Shown here: piece after piece, positions 29,316 through 38,469 of the stretch | Position numbering within the stretch: position 1 is the first letter of the stretch | Layout of the letters: each line of letters opens with the position of its first letter | From: Leptospira sp. | GTDB taxonomy: Bacteria > Spirochaetota > Leptospiria > Leptospirales > Leptospiraceae | Direction: 5' to 3' | Assembly: GCA_034439575.1 (NCBI GenBank) | Contig: JAWXAQ010000016.1 | Span: forward strand, 32,001-96,000 | Length of the DNA stretch: 64,000 nucleotides | The notes under the pieces: generated by a model | Database searches by the model: none | Told to the model about the DNA's origin: nothing | What the model saw: the letters and a program-made list of their open reading frames with translations, nothing else | Position numbers and translations under genes: made by a program

Positions 29316-30472
29316 TCAAGATAGGCAATATTGCTGACATCCATCTTCAAGGTGGATTCGAATCAAAAGAGGCAGTCGCGCTCTTGAAAGCTGGAGAGAT
29401 CTTCCGAGAGAGAAATGTTGATCTAGTGATAGTTGGCGGAGATGTTTTCGAAGATGTCTCAACAGAGGAACAGAGATTAGTTTTCAAGAAGTTCTTAGAA
29501 GATTTTTTTGCATATACGCCAATTCTAATTATTCGAGGAAACCATGACAAGCCTAGAGAGCTCACCTTATATCATCAGAATAAAGTTCTTGGGAATGTTT
29601 TTGTTTCTGAAAAGCCAGAGATTTTTGATTTCTATATTGGATCCCAAGAAGAGCACGTTAAATTCCTTACCCTCCCTCACTTTTCAGCTGGTGCTCTCGC
29701 TCTCCAATCTGGAAGCGTTGACCAGTTAGGTGAGAAGGGGACCAACGCATTCATGGATCTTTTGGATTCTTACTATCAAGAAATCCAAAAATCAGACTGC
29801 CCTTGTTTCGTTGCATTCCATGGAACGATCTCCGGAGCCAAACTGGATAATGAGAAGATTCCAAGACAAAATGGGATACATCTTCCTCTTCCTCTACTCG
29901 AATCTTTTGGATGTCCAGTCGTAGGCGGTCACTACCACAAGTTGCAAAATGTTGGTGGGAAGGTCTGGTATCCTGGATCGATCACGCGACAAACTTGGGG
30001 CGAACATAAAGACGATAAGGGAATTCTGATTTGGTCATGTAACGAAGGGAAGTGGGACGCGGAACCAGAATTCATTTCCTTGAATCCTGAGCCGATGATA
30101 TCAATTTCGGCAACGTGGGACGGATCCAAATTCATTGGCGAAACTGGAGAAGAGATCAATCTTGAGTCGATTTCAGATTCCAAAGCAAAACTTAGATTCC
30201 GATTCAATGTGGATAAAGAACTTACTCACACGGTTCCAAAAAACCTGAAAGAGATTCTATCATCAATCGATCCTTCAGCAAAAATCGAAAAAACCACTAA
30301 CACGAAAATGGCGGTTCGCAATTCCGAGATTGCAACGACAAACGATATCGAAGAATCTTTGCGGATCTATTTTCAAGGCAAAGGCATGAGCGATTCAGAT
30401 ATCGACGCCCACCTTGCAGAGCGTAGGTTGATTGTTGAATCGGCGGAAATTAAGGAAGAGGTGGCAGCATGA
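29312..30472 (+). CDS. sbcD: SbcD/Mre11-like metallophosphoesterase nuclease
   Basis: ADIH, GGDVFE, RGNHD, FHG, GGHYH, YPGS motifs. Confidence 0.85.
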   Translation: MIKIGNIADIHLQGGFESKEAVALLKAGEIFRERNVDLVIVGGDVFEDVSTEEQRLVFKKFLEDFFAYTPILIIRGNHDKPRELTLYHQNKVLGNVFVSEKPEIFDFYIGSQEEHVKFLTLPHFSAGALALQSGSVDQLGEKGTNAFMDLLDSYYQEIQKSDCPCFVAFHGTISGAKLDNEKIPRQNGIHLPLPLLESFGCPVVGGHYHKLQNVGGKVWYPGSITRQTWGEHKDDKGILIWSCNEGKWDAEPEFISLNPEPMISISATWDGSKFIGETGEEINLESISDSKAKLRFRFNVDKELTHTVPKNLKEILSSIDPSAKIEKTTNTKMAVRNSEIATTNDIEESLRIYFQGKGMSDSDIDAHLAERRLIVESAEIKEEVAA

Positions 30473-30963
30473 AAGGCGAGAAAGTAACATTACAATCTAT
30501 TCAAGATGCAAAGAGCAATTTGTATGGAATTCGATCGGACGGAAATCTCAAAAGGGAAACATCTGGAGATCGAGACAAAGAAGTTAGAAGATTGGCGGAG
30601 TTATATCTTTCCATCTTTGATTGTGAACCAGAGCATTTGCTTCCTCCCAATGATTTTCCATCTGAGATCGATGCATCAAATCATGAGCATGGTTTTGGGA
30701 TCACTCCAGAGGAAGTAGCCGAGCTCATGAAGTTCATCAACTTTCAGAATGAAACGAAAGCGAAAATTATTGATCAAAAACGAAGGAGAGATGCCGCAAT
30801 TTTTACCAAGCTTTCAGAAGTTCCGTATCGTGATTGGTTAGCTGGTATGATCTATGCTGGTTACAATAATTTCACAGTGAAAATGTCGGTCGAATACGCA
30901 GACAAAATGATCAAAGAACTTTACCCAATAGAAGGAGAAATCGATGAAGATTCTGGAAATTAG
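30469..30963 (+). CDS. Phage hypothetical protein between sbcD and sbcC
   Basis: 164-aa ORF with ATGA overlap. Confidence 0.6.
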   Translation: MKGEKVTLQSIQDAKSNLYGIRSDGNLKRETSGDRDKEVRRLAELYLSIFDCEPEHLLPPNDFPSEIDASNHEHGFGITPEEVAELMKFINFQNETKAKIIDQKRRRDAAIFTKLSEVPYRDWLAGMIYAGYNNFTVKMSVEYADKMIKELYPIEGEIDEDSGN

Positions 30964-33256
30964 AAACACGGGATCGATTGCGTTCCCAAAAGGTATTACT
31001 TGGATTCCTGGTGATGATGAGAAGGTCGCAATCATTGGCGACAATGGTTCAGGAAAAACGACTCTTCTTGATACGATCTCAATGGCCTTCTATGGCGTGA
31101 CACCAAACAGACGTTCGGAATCTGGTAGAGAGGAAGGCGCAATTTACGGATGTTTTCAGGAGAAGGCATCTTCAATAGAGGTGAAAGCCGAGATCGACGG
31201 AAAACTTATTCATGTTAAACGTCTGATCGATCCTATTGCGAAAACTCAAAAGCCATATCTCTATGTGGATGGTAAAGCTGTTACGGAAGGAAAAATGAAG
31301 GAATTCAACGAGAAATTCCTAGAATATACTGATCTTCCAGAGGATCTTTTCCTTTCTGCATTGTACCATTCCCAAAGGGGAAAAGGCCATCTCGTATCTC
31401 TCGACCAAGCCGGAGCTCGTGAACTGCTCGGAAATCTTTTAGGATTCCAAGAGTATGATTCGGAATTCGATCTTGTAGATTCTGAGCGCAAGTTAGTTGA
31501 TCAGTCTCTTGCAGCTGATGAAGTCCTTACGAAAAATCTACGAGCTACTATTGCAGAAGAAGATGAAACGAAAGAAAATCTGACTAAGGAAAAAGAAGAA
31601 TCAGTTCGCATTGATAAGGATCTAAGCGATGTTGAGAAGAAAATCACAACCATCCAGCAAGAACTAGCTGATTTGAAATCCGAATCGGTTGGAGTTCGTG
31701 ATCTTCTCGAAAAGCAAACATTGGTTAAAGCCGATATCGGATTACTCGAAAAAGAGATAACTGATTTATCTGAGAGACTCAAAAACAACCTGGCTTTGAA
31801 AGAGAAAGAGCCAGAAATCAAAAAGGCAGTTTCGGATAAAAAGCAAGTAGAAGAGAAGATCGCAGAGCTCGAAAAATCATTATCGAATCAGCTCACAGAT
31901 TTGGAATCCAAAACTAAAGAAATCGAAGAATCTAATAAAACGATCAATTTAGAAATCTCTCGATTAGAAGATGATAAGACCAAGGCACGTAAAGAATTCG
32001 ATACTATCTCTTTGTCCCTTTCTGATTTAAGAAGCAAGCTTTCTAGACTTACTTCCGAACTAACTGAAGCTGAAAAGAAATCTTCTCTTCTCTCAAGAGT
32101 TCCTTGCAATGGGGTGGAGGTTTCGGGTAAGAAGCTAACAGAATCATGCGAATTGCTTGCTGATGCGGTGGCGGCTCAATCAAGAATCGTCGAGATTAAA
32201 AAGGACTTCGATCAAGTTACTATAGACTCTAATGTTCTCGTTCTTAAGTCAGATCAAATCAACCTGCAGTTAAAGACTATTGACGATTCAAAGTTAAAGG
32301 AATCGGAAAAGTTAAAGAACTTTGATTCCCTCGCAGAATTTAAAACCGAGATCGAAAAAATCAGAAAGGAAATCCAATCTGAAAAATTGAAACTCACTCA
32401 GTATGCAGATATCGAAAAGCAAATTGCGAATCTTGCTTTGGTCGACGAACGAGTAAAAGACTACCAGGGAAAGATCGATATTGCTAATTCCAAAAAAGCA
32501 GAATTGACAATGAATTTAGAGAGCCTCGTAAAGTTGATTTCTGACAAACAATCCGAAGTCGATGTTCTCGAAGGAGTGGAAGAAGATCTTCGAATCAAGA
32601 CTGAATGGAAGAAAATAGCTTCTTCTAAGCGAGACGAATTGATTTCTAAAATTTCCAAACTCGAAGCAAAACTAACTCAAATCGAGGAAGCGAAATCGAG
32701 ATTAGAATCCCTTGGAACTCAAGCAAAACTAGATCGACTAACTAGGCTTAAGAACTTGGCTGAGGCTCTATCTCCAAAAGGAGTCCGTGCTTTGAAACTT
32801 GATGCAGCTGGTCCCGAGATTTCCCAAACAATCAACGATATCCTTTCCGAGTGTTACGGCACTAGATTCCAAGTTGCGATTCGTACAACGAAGGAAACTG
32901 GAAAGGGCGTAACGAAAGAAGACTTCTCGATCGTAGTTCTCGATGAAGAAACTGGAGAGGAAACTTTCGTTGATAACAAGTCAGGCGGTCAGGAAGCAAT
33001 CATCAAAGAAGGGATCTCACTAGGAGTCGCTGTATTTAAAAAACAAAAGACCGGTGCGGATATCAGAACTTTGATACGAGACGAAGCGGACGGAGGACTC
33101 ACGTCCAAGAATGCTCATCTTTATCAGAAGATGCTTGATAAAGCAATGATCATGGGCGGATTCGCTCAAGTGATTTTTGTATCTCATAAACCTGAGATTC
33201 AAGAACTCGCGACAACTGTATTTCGCGTGGGTGATGGTAAGGTTGTACAATTATGA
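30944..33256 (+). CDS. sbcC: SbcC/Rad50-like SMC ATPase
   Basis: Walker A GDNGSGKT, Q-loop HSQ, coiled coil, signature KSGGQ, Walker B LIRDE, H-loop VSH. Confidence 0.88.
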   Translation: MKILEIRNTGSIAFPKGITWIPGDDEKVAIIGDNGSGKTTLLDTISMAFYGVTPNRRSESGREEGAIYGCFQEKASSIEVKAEIDGKLIHVKRLIDPIAKTQKPYLYVDGKAVTEGKMKEFNEKFLEYTDLPEDLFLSALYHSQRGKGHLVSLDQAGARELLGNLLGFQEYDSEFDLVDSERKLVDQSLAADEVLTKNLRATIAEEDETKENLTKEKEESVRIDKDLSDVEKKITTIQQELADLKSESVGVRDLLEKQTLVKADIGLLEKEITDLSERLKNNLALKEKEPEIKKAVSDKKQVEEKIAELEKSLSNQLTDLESKTKEIEESNKTINLEISRLEDDKTKARKEFDTISLSLSDLRSKLSRLTSELTEAEKKSSLLSRVPCNGVEVSGKKLTESCELLADAVAAQSRIVEIKKDFDQVTIDSNVLVLKSDQINLQLKTIDDSKLKESEKLKNFDSLAEFKTEIEKIRKEIQSEKLKLTQYADIEKQIANLALVDERVKDYQGKIDIANSKKAELTMNLESLVKLISDKQSEVDVLEGVEEDLRIKTEWKKIASSKRDELISKISKLEAKLTQIEEAKSRLESLGTQAKLDRLTRLKNLAEALSPKGVRALKLDAAGPEISQTINDILSECYGTRFQVAIRTTKETGKGVTKEDFSIVVLDEETGEETFVDNKSGGQEAIIKEGISLGVAVFKKQKTGADIRTLIRDEADGGLTSKNAHLYQKMLDKAMIMGGFAQVIFVSHKPEIQELATTVFRVGDGKVVQL

Positions 33257-33444
33257 AAAAGAGAATTAAAAGATTGTTAAATCATATCCGCGATTTACGA
33301 GCCGAAATGTCAGAAATGAGAAAAATACATAAAATGAAAATGCAACTCCTTAATGAAGTTCAGTTTGTCTTAGTGGATCTTTGGAGAGAGAACGATTCCT
33401 TAAAAAAGGAATTGAATCAAATCCAAATGAAGGAGGCTGCATAA
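33253..33444 (+). CDS. Phage hypothetical coiled-coil protein
   Basis: 63-aa ORF with ATGA overlap. Confidence 0.55.
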   Translation: MKKRIKRLLNHIRDLRAEMSEMRKIHKMKMQLLNEVQFVLVDLWRENDSLKKELNQIQMKEAA

Positions 33445-33445
33445 G

Positions 33446-33571
33446 ATGTTTTCAGTAATTCACGTAATCATTCTGTGCGTTCTGGTTTCGTTTTTGTTCG
33501 GTTTGTTAGTTGGTAAATGGATGGCTTCGAAAAAGAAGCCAGTCCATTTTATCTCAAATCTACCGAGATAG
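33446..33571 (+). CDS. Small single-TM phage protein (41 aa, absent from ORF track)
   Basis: AAGGAGG RBS; MFSVIHVIILCVLVSFLFGLLVGKWMASKKKPVHFISNLPR*. Confidence 0.6.
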   Translation: MFSVIHVIILCVLVSFLFGLLVGKWMASKKKPVHFISNLPR

Positions 33572-33608
33572 CTATTGTTATTTTTTAAAGAGACATAAGG
33601 AAGAAAAA

Positions 33609-34085
33609 TTGAAACCAGAAGATTATAGATGTGATCCATTAACCGCACAAATGAATTTGCCTCCTTCAGAGGCAATCGTTTGGACAACGCTATGGACATT
33701 TCAAGGTAACAATGAATATGCGTTTCCTTCTTTGGCTGCAATCTCTGAACGAATGGGAGGAATGCTGAAGCCGAAGCGCATATCTCAAATAATACAAAAG
33801 CTTAAAAAGAAAGGTTGGTTAGACGCTAAGAAGGTTGGATATCGAGGAACGAATCATTATCGTGTTTTTGTTCCTGAAGATTTATTGTTCAAACCAAATT
33901 TTGGAAAGAGAGAAAAGAACAAGGTTTACCAAGAGAAAATTAAAAAGCAACAGAAACCAAAGTTAGATTTCGATCTACCAAAAATTCAAATCATAACACC
34001 AGAAAGGAGAATACCAACTGATGAAGAAGTTTGGGCACTAAGTAAAGAGGTTTTTGAGTTCTATGATGAGATGGAAGCTGCATGA
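33609..34085 (+). CDS. Winged-HTH replication initiator-like protein
   Basis: AFPSLAAISERMG...ISQIIQKLKKKGWL...TNHYRV; TTG start chosen after AAGGAAG. Confidence 0.7.
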   Translation: MKPEDYRCDPLTAQMNLPPSEAIVWTTLWTFQGNNEYAFPSLAAISERMGGMLKPKRISQIIQKLKKKGWLDAKKVGYRGTNHYRVFVPEDLLFKPNFGKREKNKVYQEKIKKQQKPKLDFDLPKIQIITPERRIPTDEEVWALSKEVFEFYDEMEAA

Positions 34086-34378
34086 AGTTACCAACAAAAT
34101 GCAAATTGAAAACTTGGCCTTGCGATGTTGCAAAATGCGATTGTGAGCGTATTGCAATAAGTCGAGAGCCAGAGAAATGGATCTCCCTCATGGCTATCGC
34201 TGAACACAAAAAAACGGGAGAAGATGCCCAGGTTGTAATTGAACGATTAGTTTCAAACCAATGGAAAAATCTTAGAGGAGACCGTCCTCTTGATATCAAT
34301 AAATTCCATAAACGATTACAAACAGAGAATTTAAAAAAGATTATTTCGGAAGAAAAGGAAAAGGTAACAGGAACATGA
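34082..34378 (+). CDS. Phage hypothetical protein
   Basis: 98-aa ORF, Cys-rich N-terminus, ATGA overlap. Confidence 0.55.
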   Translation: MKLPTKCKLKTWPCDVAKCDCERIAISREPEKWISLMAIAEHKKTGEDAQVVIERLVSNQWKNLRGDRPLDINKFHKRLQTENLKKIISEEKEKVTGT

Positions 34379-35109
34379 TGGAAGCACAAGTAATTGAACA
34401 AACACAAGACCAACTTGATAGAGAAGTGGCTTGTAAAACTTACACAGTAATGTCCGCAGATATTAAGAGCTCATTAAAATTAAAAGCTCAGGTCTTGCAG
34501 AACTTTGAAATCTCAGTTGATACAGGAGTAAAAACTCAAACTGGTATTTGGAGTATTGTAAACGAAATCAAAGAGATTGTGAATGAATTCCATGAATGGG
34601 ATCTTCCTACTTCAAAAGAACTCGATAGGCTATTGAACGATCATATTTCAATTCTCGCAATGCGATTTCAGAATCAAGAGTTGCTTGAGATGGAAAATAA
34701 ATTGAAAGATAAATTTCGTAGGCTCCCATCTATCGAAACAATCAGGATCAATTCGATTAAGTGCAAGGATATGAAGATCGCAGGATTTGCGAGACCAATC
34801 TTTGAGATGAAATACCAATCAAATGATAACAGGACTCTTCTTCCTGTAGAATACACATTGATTATCACGAGAGGCGATCTCACTCAAATTCTAAGTTCAG
34901 AAGAACCTACTGCCTTTCTTCAGTTACGTCATCTTTGCGAGGAATTTTTCTCTGAAGCAGATCTTCATCTCATGAATTTCAATAAGGAAGTAGAGAAGCA
35001 GAAAAACAAAATTATGGAGAAATCCAAGGAAGAGAATTCGCAACTCAAACTTTCCATCGTTCCAAATCCTGGAGACAAAACCGACGGAGATATCGAAGAT
35101 GAAGACTAA
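34375..35109 (+). CDS. Phage hypothetical protein
   Basis: 244-aa ORF with ATGA overlap. Confidence 0.65.
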   Translation: MMEAQVIEQTQDQLDREVACKTYTVMSADIKSSLKLKAQVLQNFEISVDTGVKTQTGIWSIVNEIKEIVNEFHEWDLPTSKELDRLLNDHISILAMRFQNQELLEMENKLKDKFRRLPSIETIRINSIKCKDMKIAGFARPIFEMKYQSNDNRTLLPVEYTLIITRGDLTQILSSEEPTAFLQLRHLCEEFFSEADLHLMNFNKEVEKQKNKIMEKSKEENSQLKLSIVPNPGDKTDGDIEDED

Positions 35110-35581
35110 AAACAGATTTCATATAAGAACCGCTAGGCGCAAAAACCCTAAAGGTAAATCTCCTATGGCTCTTCTTCTTACAGCTCCTTCTGAAGCGAAA
35201 GAACAAACAATGCTCATTGAAATGATATCGATCAAATATCCAAATTTGATTTTCAGAGTCGGTATGGAAGCAGGCAAACGAAACCCTCGTTTTGCGAAAG
35301 AACAAGGCGTTTCATCTGGATGGCCAGATTTGTATTTTCCGTACGAGAGCAGAGGATATAAGGCTCTTTGGATTGAGTTAAAGAAGCGAGATGCAAAGCT
35401 TTTTAAGAAAGATAAAGTTACTCCTAAGGACCAGAGAATTGCAAACCAAATAAGGATTATGAATTTTTTGGAGAACCGTGGTCATGTCGCCAAATTCTGC
35501 TTTGGTGCTAAAGAAGCTTTGAATACCATCGATTGGTATCTAAATGAAGAAGAGAAACAATTTGCTGGAGAAATAAAATGA
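35099..35581 (+). CDS. VRR-NUC (PD-(D/E)XK) nuclease
   Basis: GVSSGWPDL...LWIELK...NQ..IMNFLENRG. Confidence 0.85.
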   Translation: MKTKNRFHIRTARRKNPKGKSPMALLLTAPSEAKEQTMLIEMISIKYPNLIFRVGMEAGKRNPRFAKEQGVSSGWPDLYFPYESRGYKALWIELKKRDAKLFKKDKVTPKDQRIANQIRIMNFLENRGHVAKFCFGAKEALNTIDWYLNEEEKQFAGEIK

Positions 35582-35970
35582 TTTCAGATACCGTAATAAT
35601 AAGTTTAAGAGGAATCGAGTGTTGCAATTGTCATGCAGTTTTCGGGATGACAGCTGATGCAAAACAAAGATACGAACGTGATCATAGATCTTTTAAATGC
35701 CCTTATTGTTTTACTTCTCAATCGTATCGAGGGAAGTCTGATTTAGAGTTAGCCCAAGAAGCGTTAGAACGTGAACGAAAGAAAAACGAAGATAAAAATA
35801 TCCAACTTCGCCATCTTGAAAATTCGCTAATCGCGGAGAAAGGACAAAAAACAAAGCTCAAGAAAAAACTTGAGCGAGTTCAAAATGGGTTATGCCCAGA
35901 TTGCAATAAGTCATTTAAGCATCTTGCAAAGCATATGAAATCGAAACATGGTTGTCGTGAGGATCTATGA
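35578..35970 (+). CDS. Zinc-finger/coiled-coil phage protein
   Basis: CCNC, CPYC and C2H2-like CPDCNKSFKHLAKHMKSKH. Confidence 0.65.
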   Translation: MISDTVIISLRGIECCNCHAVFGMTADAKQRYERDHRSFKCPYCFTSQSYRGKSDLELAQEALERERKKNEDKNIQLRHLENSLIAEKGQKTKLKKKLERVQNGLCPDCNKSFKHLAKHMKSKHGCREDL

Positions 35971-36635
35971 TCATGAATGTCATCGACCGCCAAATCTTGA
36001 TTACACCTAGATCGATTGTCCGTAATTACAATGAGTGGGCGGTTCTCAAGGGATATGAGCCTTCGCTTTCGATGTATTCAAATGGGAAAACGTTCTTCGG
36101 TGAGTGGAACTATGGCCAGAACTTCAAAAACATTTCTGGGTATAAAGGAGCATACGCACAACAGGATATATCTCGTCTGCAAGCTTGTATTCCAGATATG
36201 GGAGTCCTTTTGCATTTGTTCTCCGGATCGATGCCAGTTGGTCCATATTATCGCTTGGATAATAATTTCGCAGTGATTTCGGATGCAAGAACAGGCATTG
36301 ATTTCGTCGCCGATGCCACGGAAGCACATCTTTATTTTGAGCACGAATACTTTGATGTCGTGATGGCAGATCCTCCTTGGAGTAAATACCACAGCGAAGA
36401 AATCTATAATTGTAGTTTGGTGGACAAGACTAAGGTCTTGAAATCAGTTCATCAAATCCTAAAACCAGGCGGTCTTTTGATTTGGAAGGATTATGCAAAA
36501 CCAGTTTGGAGTGGAGCAGAGTATGACTATCTCGGAAGAATCTGCATTGATCCTTCCAGCGGTCACGATGATCGAAGTTTTAAATTTTATCAAAAGAAGA
36601 AGGAGATCACGAATGAAATCTTACCTCTGTCATAA
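35967..36635 (+). CDS. Small amino-DNA methyltransferase-like protein
   Basis: LHLFSG (motif I-like), FDVVMADPPW (motif IV), ILKPGG. Confidence 0.7.
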   Translation: MIMNVIDRQILITPRSIVRNYNEWAVLKGYEPSLSMYSNGKTFFGEWNYGQNFKNISGYKGAYAQQDISRLQACIPDMGVLLHLFSGSMPVGPYYRLDNNFAVISDARTGIDFVADATEAHLYFEHEYFDVVMADPPWSKYHSEEIYNCSLVDKTKVLKSVHQILKPGGLLIWKDYAKPVWSGAEYDYLGRICIDPSSGHDDRSFKFYQKKKEITNEILPLS

Positions 36636-36780
36636 GTGCGGATCTGATGCGAAATACCAACATGACAACTCCGATCTTTGTGAGTCTTGTTATACGGTCG
36701 AGCTTGGCAAGGAGTTCGATAGACTTCACATCCAGATATATCGGGAAAAATGCGATCGGGAATTGGGGGTGATAAATTAA
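36613..36780 (+). CDS. Small zinc-ribbon phage protein
   Basis: AGGAG RBS; CHKC/CESC. Confidence 0.55.
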   Translation: MKSYLCHKCGSDAKYQHDNSDLCESCYTVELGKEFDRLHIQIYREKCDRELGVIN

Positions 36781-37126
36781 TGGAAACGATAGTGCAGCCT
36801 CGCCCTACCAAAGCAAGAAAAGTTCATCGTTGCGATTTCTGTGAGTTAAAAATCGAGCAAGGTGAAACCTACGAACGTTCTGTTCACAAAATGGACGGCT
36901 CAGTGTATGAATGGAAATCTCATCTCGATTGCTCATGGATTGCAAGTGAACTAAATATGTTCGACCACTGCGATGAAGGCTTAACTGGAGAAGCATTCCA
37001 AGAAGAGATTATGATAGAATTTGAAAAGTTAGAGTTTGAGAATCCGACGGAGAGACTTTTTTCCAAATTTCTTTCGCAAGTTATAGAGTATCACAAAGAG
37101 AAATGCGATCGGGAATTGGGAGTGAT
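36748..37126 (+). repeat. 26-bp direct repeat at the 3' ends of consecutive genes
   Basis: AAATGCGATCGGGAATTGGG(G/A)GTGAT at 36748-36773 and 37101-37126. Confidence 0.85.
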
Positions 37127-37133
37127 TGTATGA
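36780..37133 (+). CDS. Phage zinc-binding hypothetical protein
   Basis: KARKVHRCDFC...GETY...KSHLDC pattern common in phage early regions. Confidence 0.65.
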   Translation: METIVQPRPTKARKVHRCDFCELKIEQGETYERSVHKMDGSVYEWKSHLDCSWIASELNMFDHCDEGLTGEAFQEEIMIEFEKLEFENPTERLFSKFLSQVIEYHKEKCDRELGVIV

Positions 37134-37516
37134 ATGAAAATCAAATTATTTTTAAAACGAGGTGGAAAGACCACGAGTCTTTTTTCGGAAATCCTGTTAT
37201 TGAATATGTTGGAAATAAAAAATCAGGTAAATGGATGCTTACTCTTCAGTGTCTTTCACCAAAAATAAGAATAGGCCAATGTGATCTTTGTCGTGTGATA
37301 GATGGTACAGATTTATTCGAAGACGATTGGATTAGAGATATTAGAACAGGAGTTGAATTTCAAATTATTTTCAACGAGGAGTTCCTAGGTTGGTGGTGTG
37401 TTTCTAAAGATAAAACTATCGAATGCCCATTGAATTCTATCATTAAATTTCACGAAAAAATAATTCAGAAGGAAGAAAAGGATGATACTCGGATTCAAGT
37501 CACAATTCAAACATAA
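37130..37516 (+). CDS. YopX-like phage protein (degenerate)
   Basis: IGQCDL..IDGTDLFEDDWI..FQIIFNEEFLGW. Confidence 0.45.
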   Translation: MNENQIIFKTRWKDHESFFGNPVIEYVGNKKSGKWMLTLQCLSPKIRIGQCDLCRVIDGTDLFEDDWIRDIRTGVEFQIIFNEEFLGWWCVSKDKTIECPLNSIIKFHEKIIQKEEKDDTRIQVTIQT

Positions 37517-37859
37517 GATTCTTTCAGGTGAAAAACTCCATACGATCCGAGCAGATGAGTTGAACCGATGGAAAGCTGGGAAGATCATTCAATTTGCGAC
37601 AGGTCTCAGGACAGCTAACTATGAACAGTTCGCGCTTGGAAGATGTACCAGAGTTTCCGAGATCATTATCAATCCAGAGAACGAACGAGTTTATATTGGG
37701 CATGGATCTGGAATCGTCTATCGAGGACAAGGCGTTCAAGCTTTCGCAAAGAACGACGGTTTCGATTCTCTGGAAGACTTTTGGAAGTGGTTTAACAAAC
37801 CGTTTGAAGGCAAATTGATTTTTTGGCAATTATTTGCGAATGGGAGAGACGAGGGATGA
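37482..37859 (+). CDS. ASCH/PUA-like domain protein
   Basis: FKHKILSGEKLHTIR...FAKNDGFDSLEDFWKWF. Confidence 0.75.
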   Translation: MILGFKSQFKHKILSGEKLHTIRADELNRWKAGKIIQFATGLRTANYEQFALGRCTRVSEIIINPENERVYIGHGSGIVYRGQGVQAFAKNDGFDSLEDFWKWFNKPFEGKLIFWQLFANGRDEG

Positions 37860-38305
37860 AAAATACTTTAGAACCAAATCAACTCAGTTTATTCCCTGAA
37901 CCTGAGCATGTTTCAAATTGGTGCATTCTTTGGAATTTATACGGTTTCCCAGAACCAGCGATAGGTGATATCATTGCCATTGGTTGCTGCATAGCGGAAT
38001 TATTAGAACCTGAAGATCCTGAATTTACGCATACTTATCTTTATTGGCAACTTTGTATAATTACAGAGATCAGAAATGACGGAAAGGTTATTTGTGAGTT
38101 TAAGTATAATTTCTCACCAGATAATCCTTGGATTTATGAAAAAATGCTAGGAAAAAAAATCATTTTAGATAGGGAAGATGTCTGCATTCCTTTTCCACAA
38201 GTTGAGTTTCTTTTAGGTCTTCATGAAAAAGGTGAAATTTCAATTCGAAAGGAATACCGACAAGCAATGCTTGGATGGGAAAACGAAGGAGAGGAAGAAG
38301 AATGA
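37856..38305 (+). CDS. Phage hypothetical protein
   Basis: ORF with ATGA overlap. Confidence 0.55.
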   Translation: MKNTLEPNQLSLFPEPEHVSNWCILWNLYGFPEPAIGDIIAIGCCIAELLEPEDPEFTHTYLYWQLCIITEIRNDGKVICEFKYNFSPDNPWIYEKMLGKKIILDREDVCIPFPQVEFLLGLHEKGEISIRKEYRQAMLGWENEGEEEE

Positions 38306-38469
38306 AGGTAAAAACATTAATAAGGGAACTGCAAAATTTAGACCCAAGCCAGGATGTAAAATTTTCGACTAAATGTGGCTCAACCTCAGGTAAGGTAACA
38401 GGCGTTTACATGCTCGATAAGGTTACTTTAGAATGTGAAGCCACACATTTTGATGGGGAAAGAATATGA
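38302..38469 (+). CDS. Phage hypothetical protein
   Basis: MKVKTLIRELQNLDPSQDV, a common small-phage-protein opening. Confidence 0.55.
   Translation: MKVKTLIRELQNLDPSQDVKFSTKCGSTSGKVTGVYMLDKVTLECEATHFDGERI

Noticed and set aside
29312-33256. SbcCD-like genes as a Wadjet or Lamassu defence system
   Set aside because: No kleisin/KITE or effector partners; the early-operon position fits phage recombination
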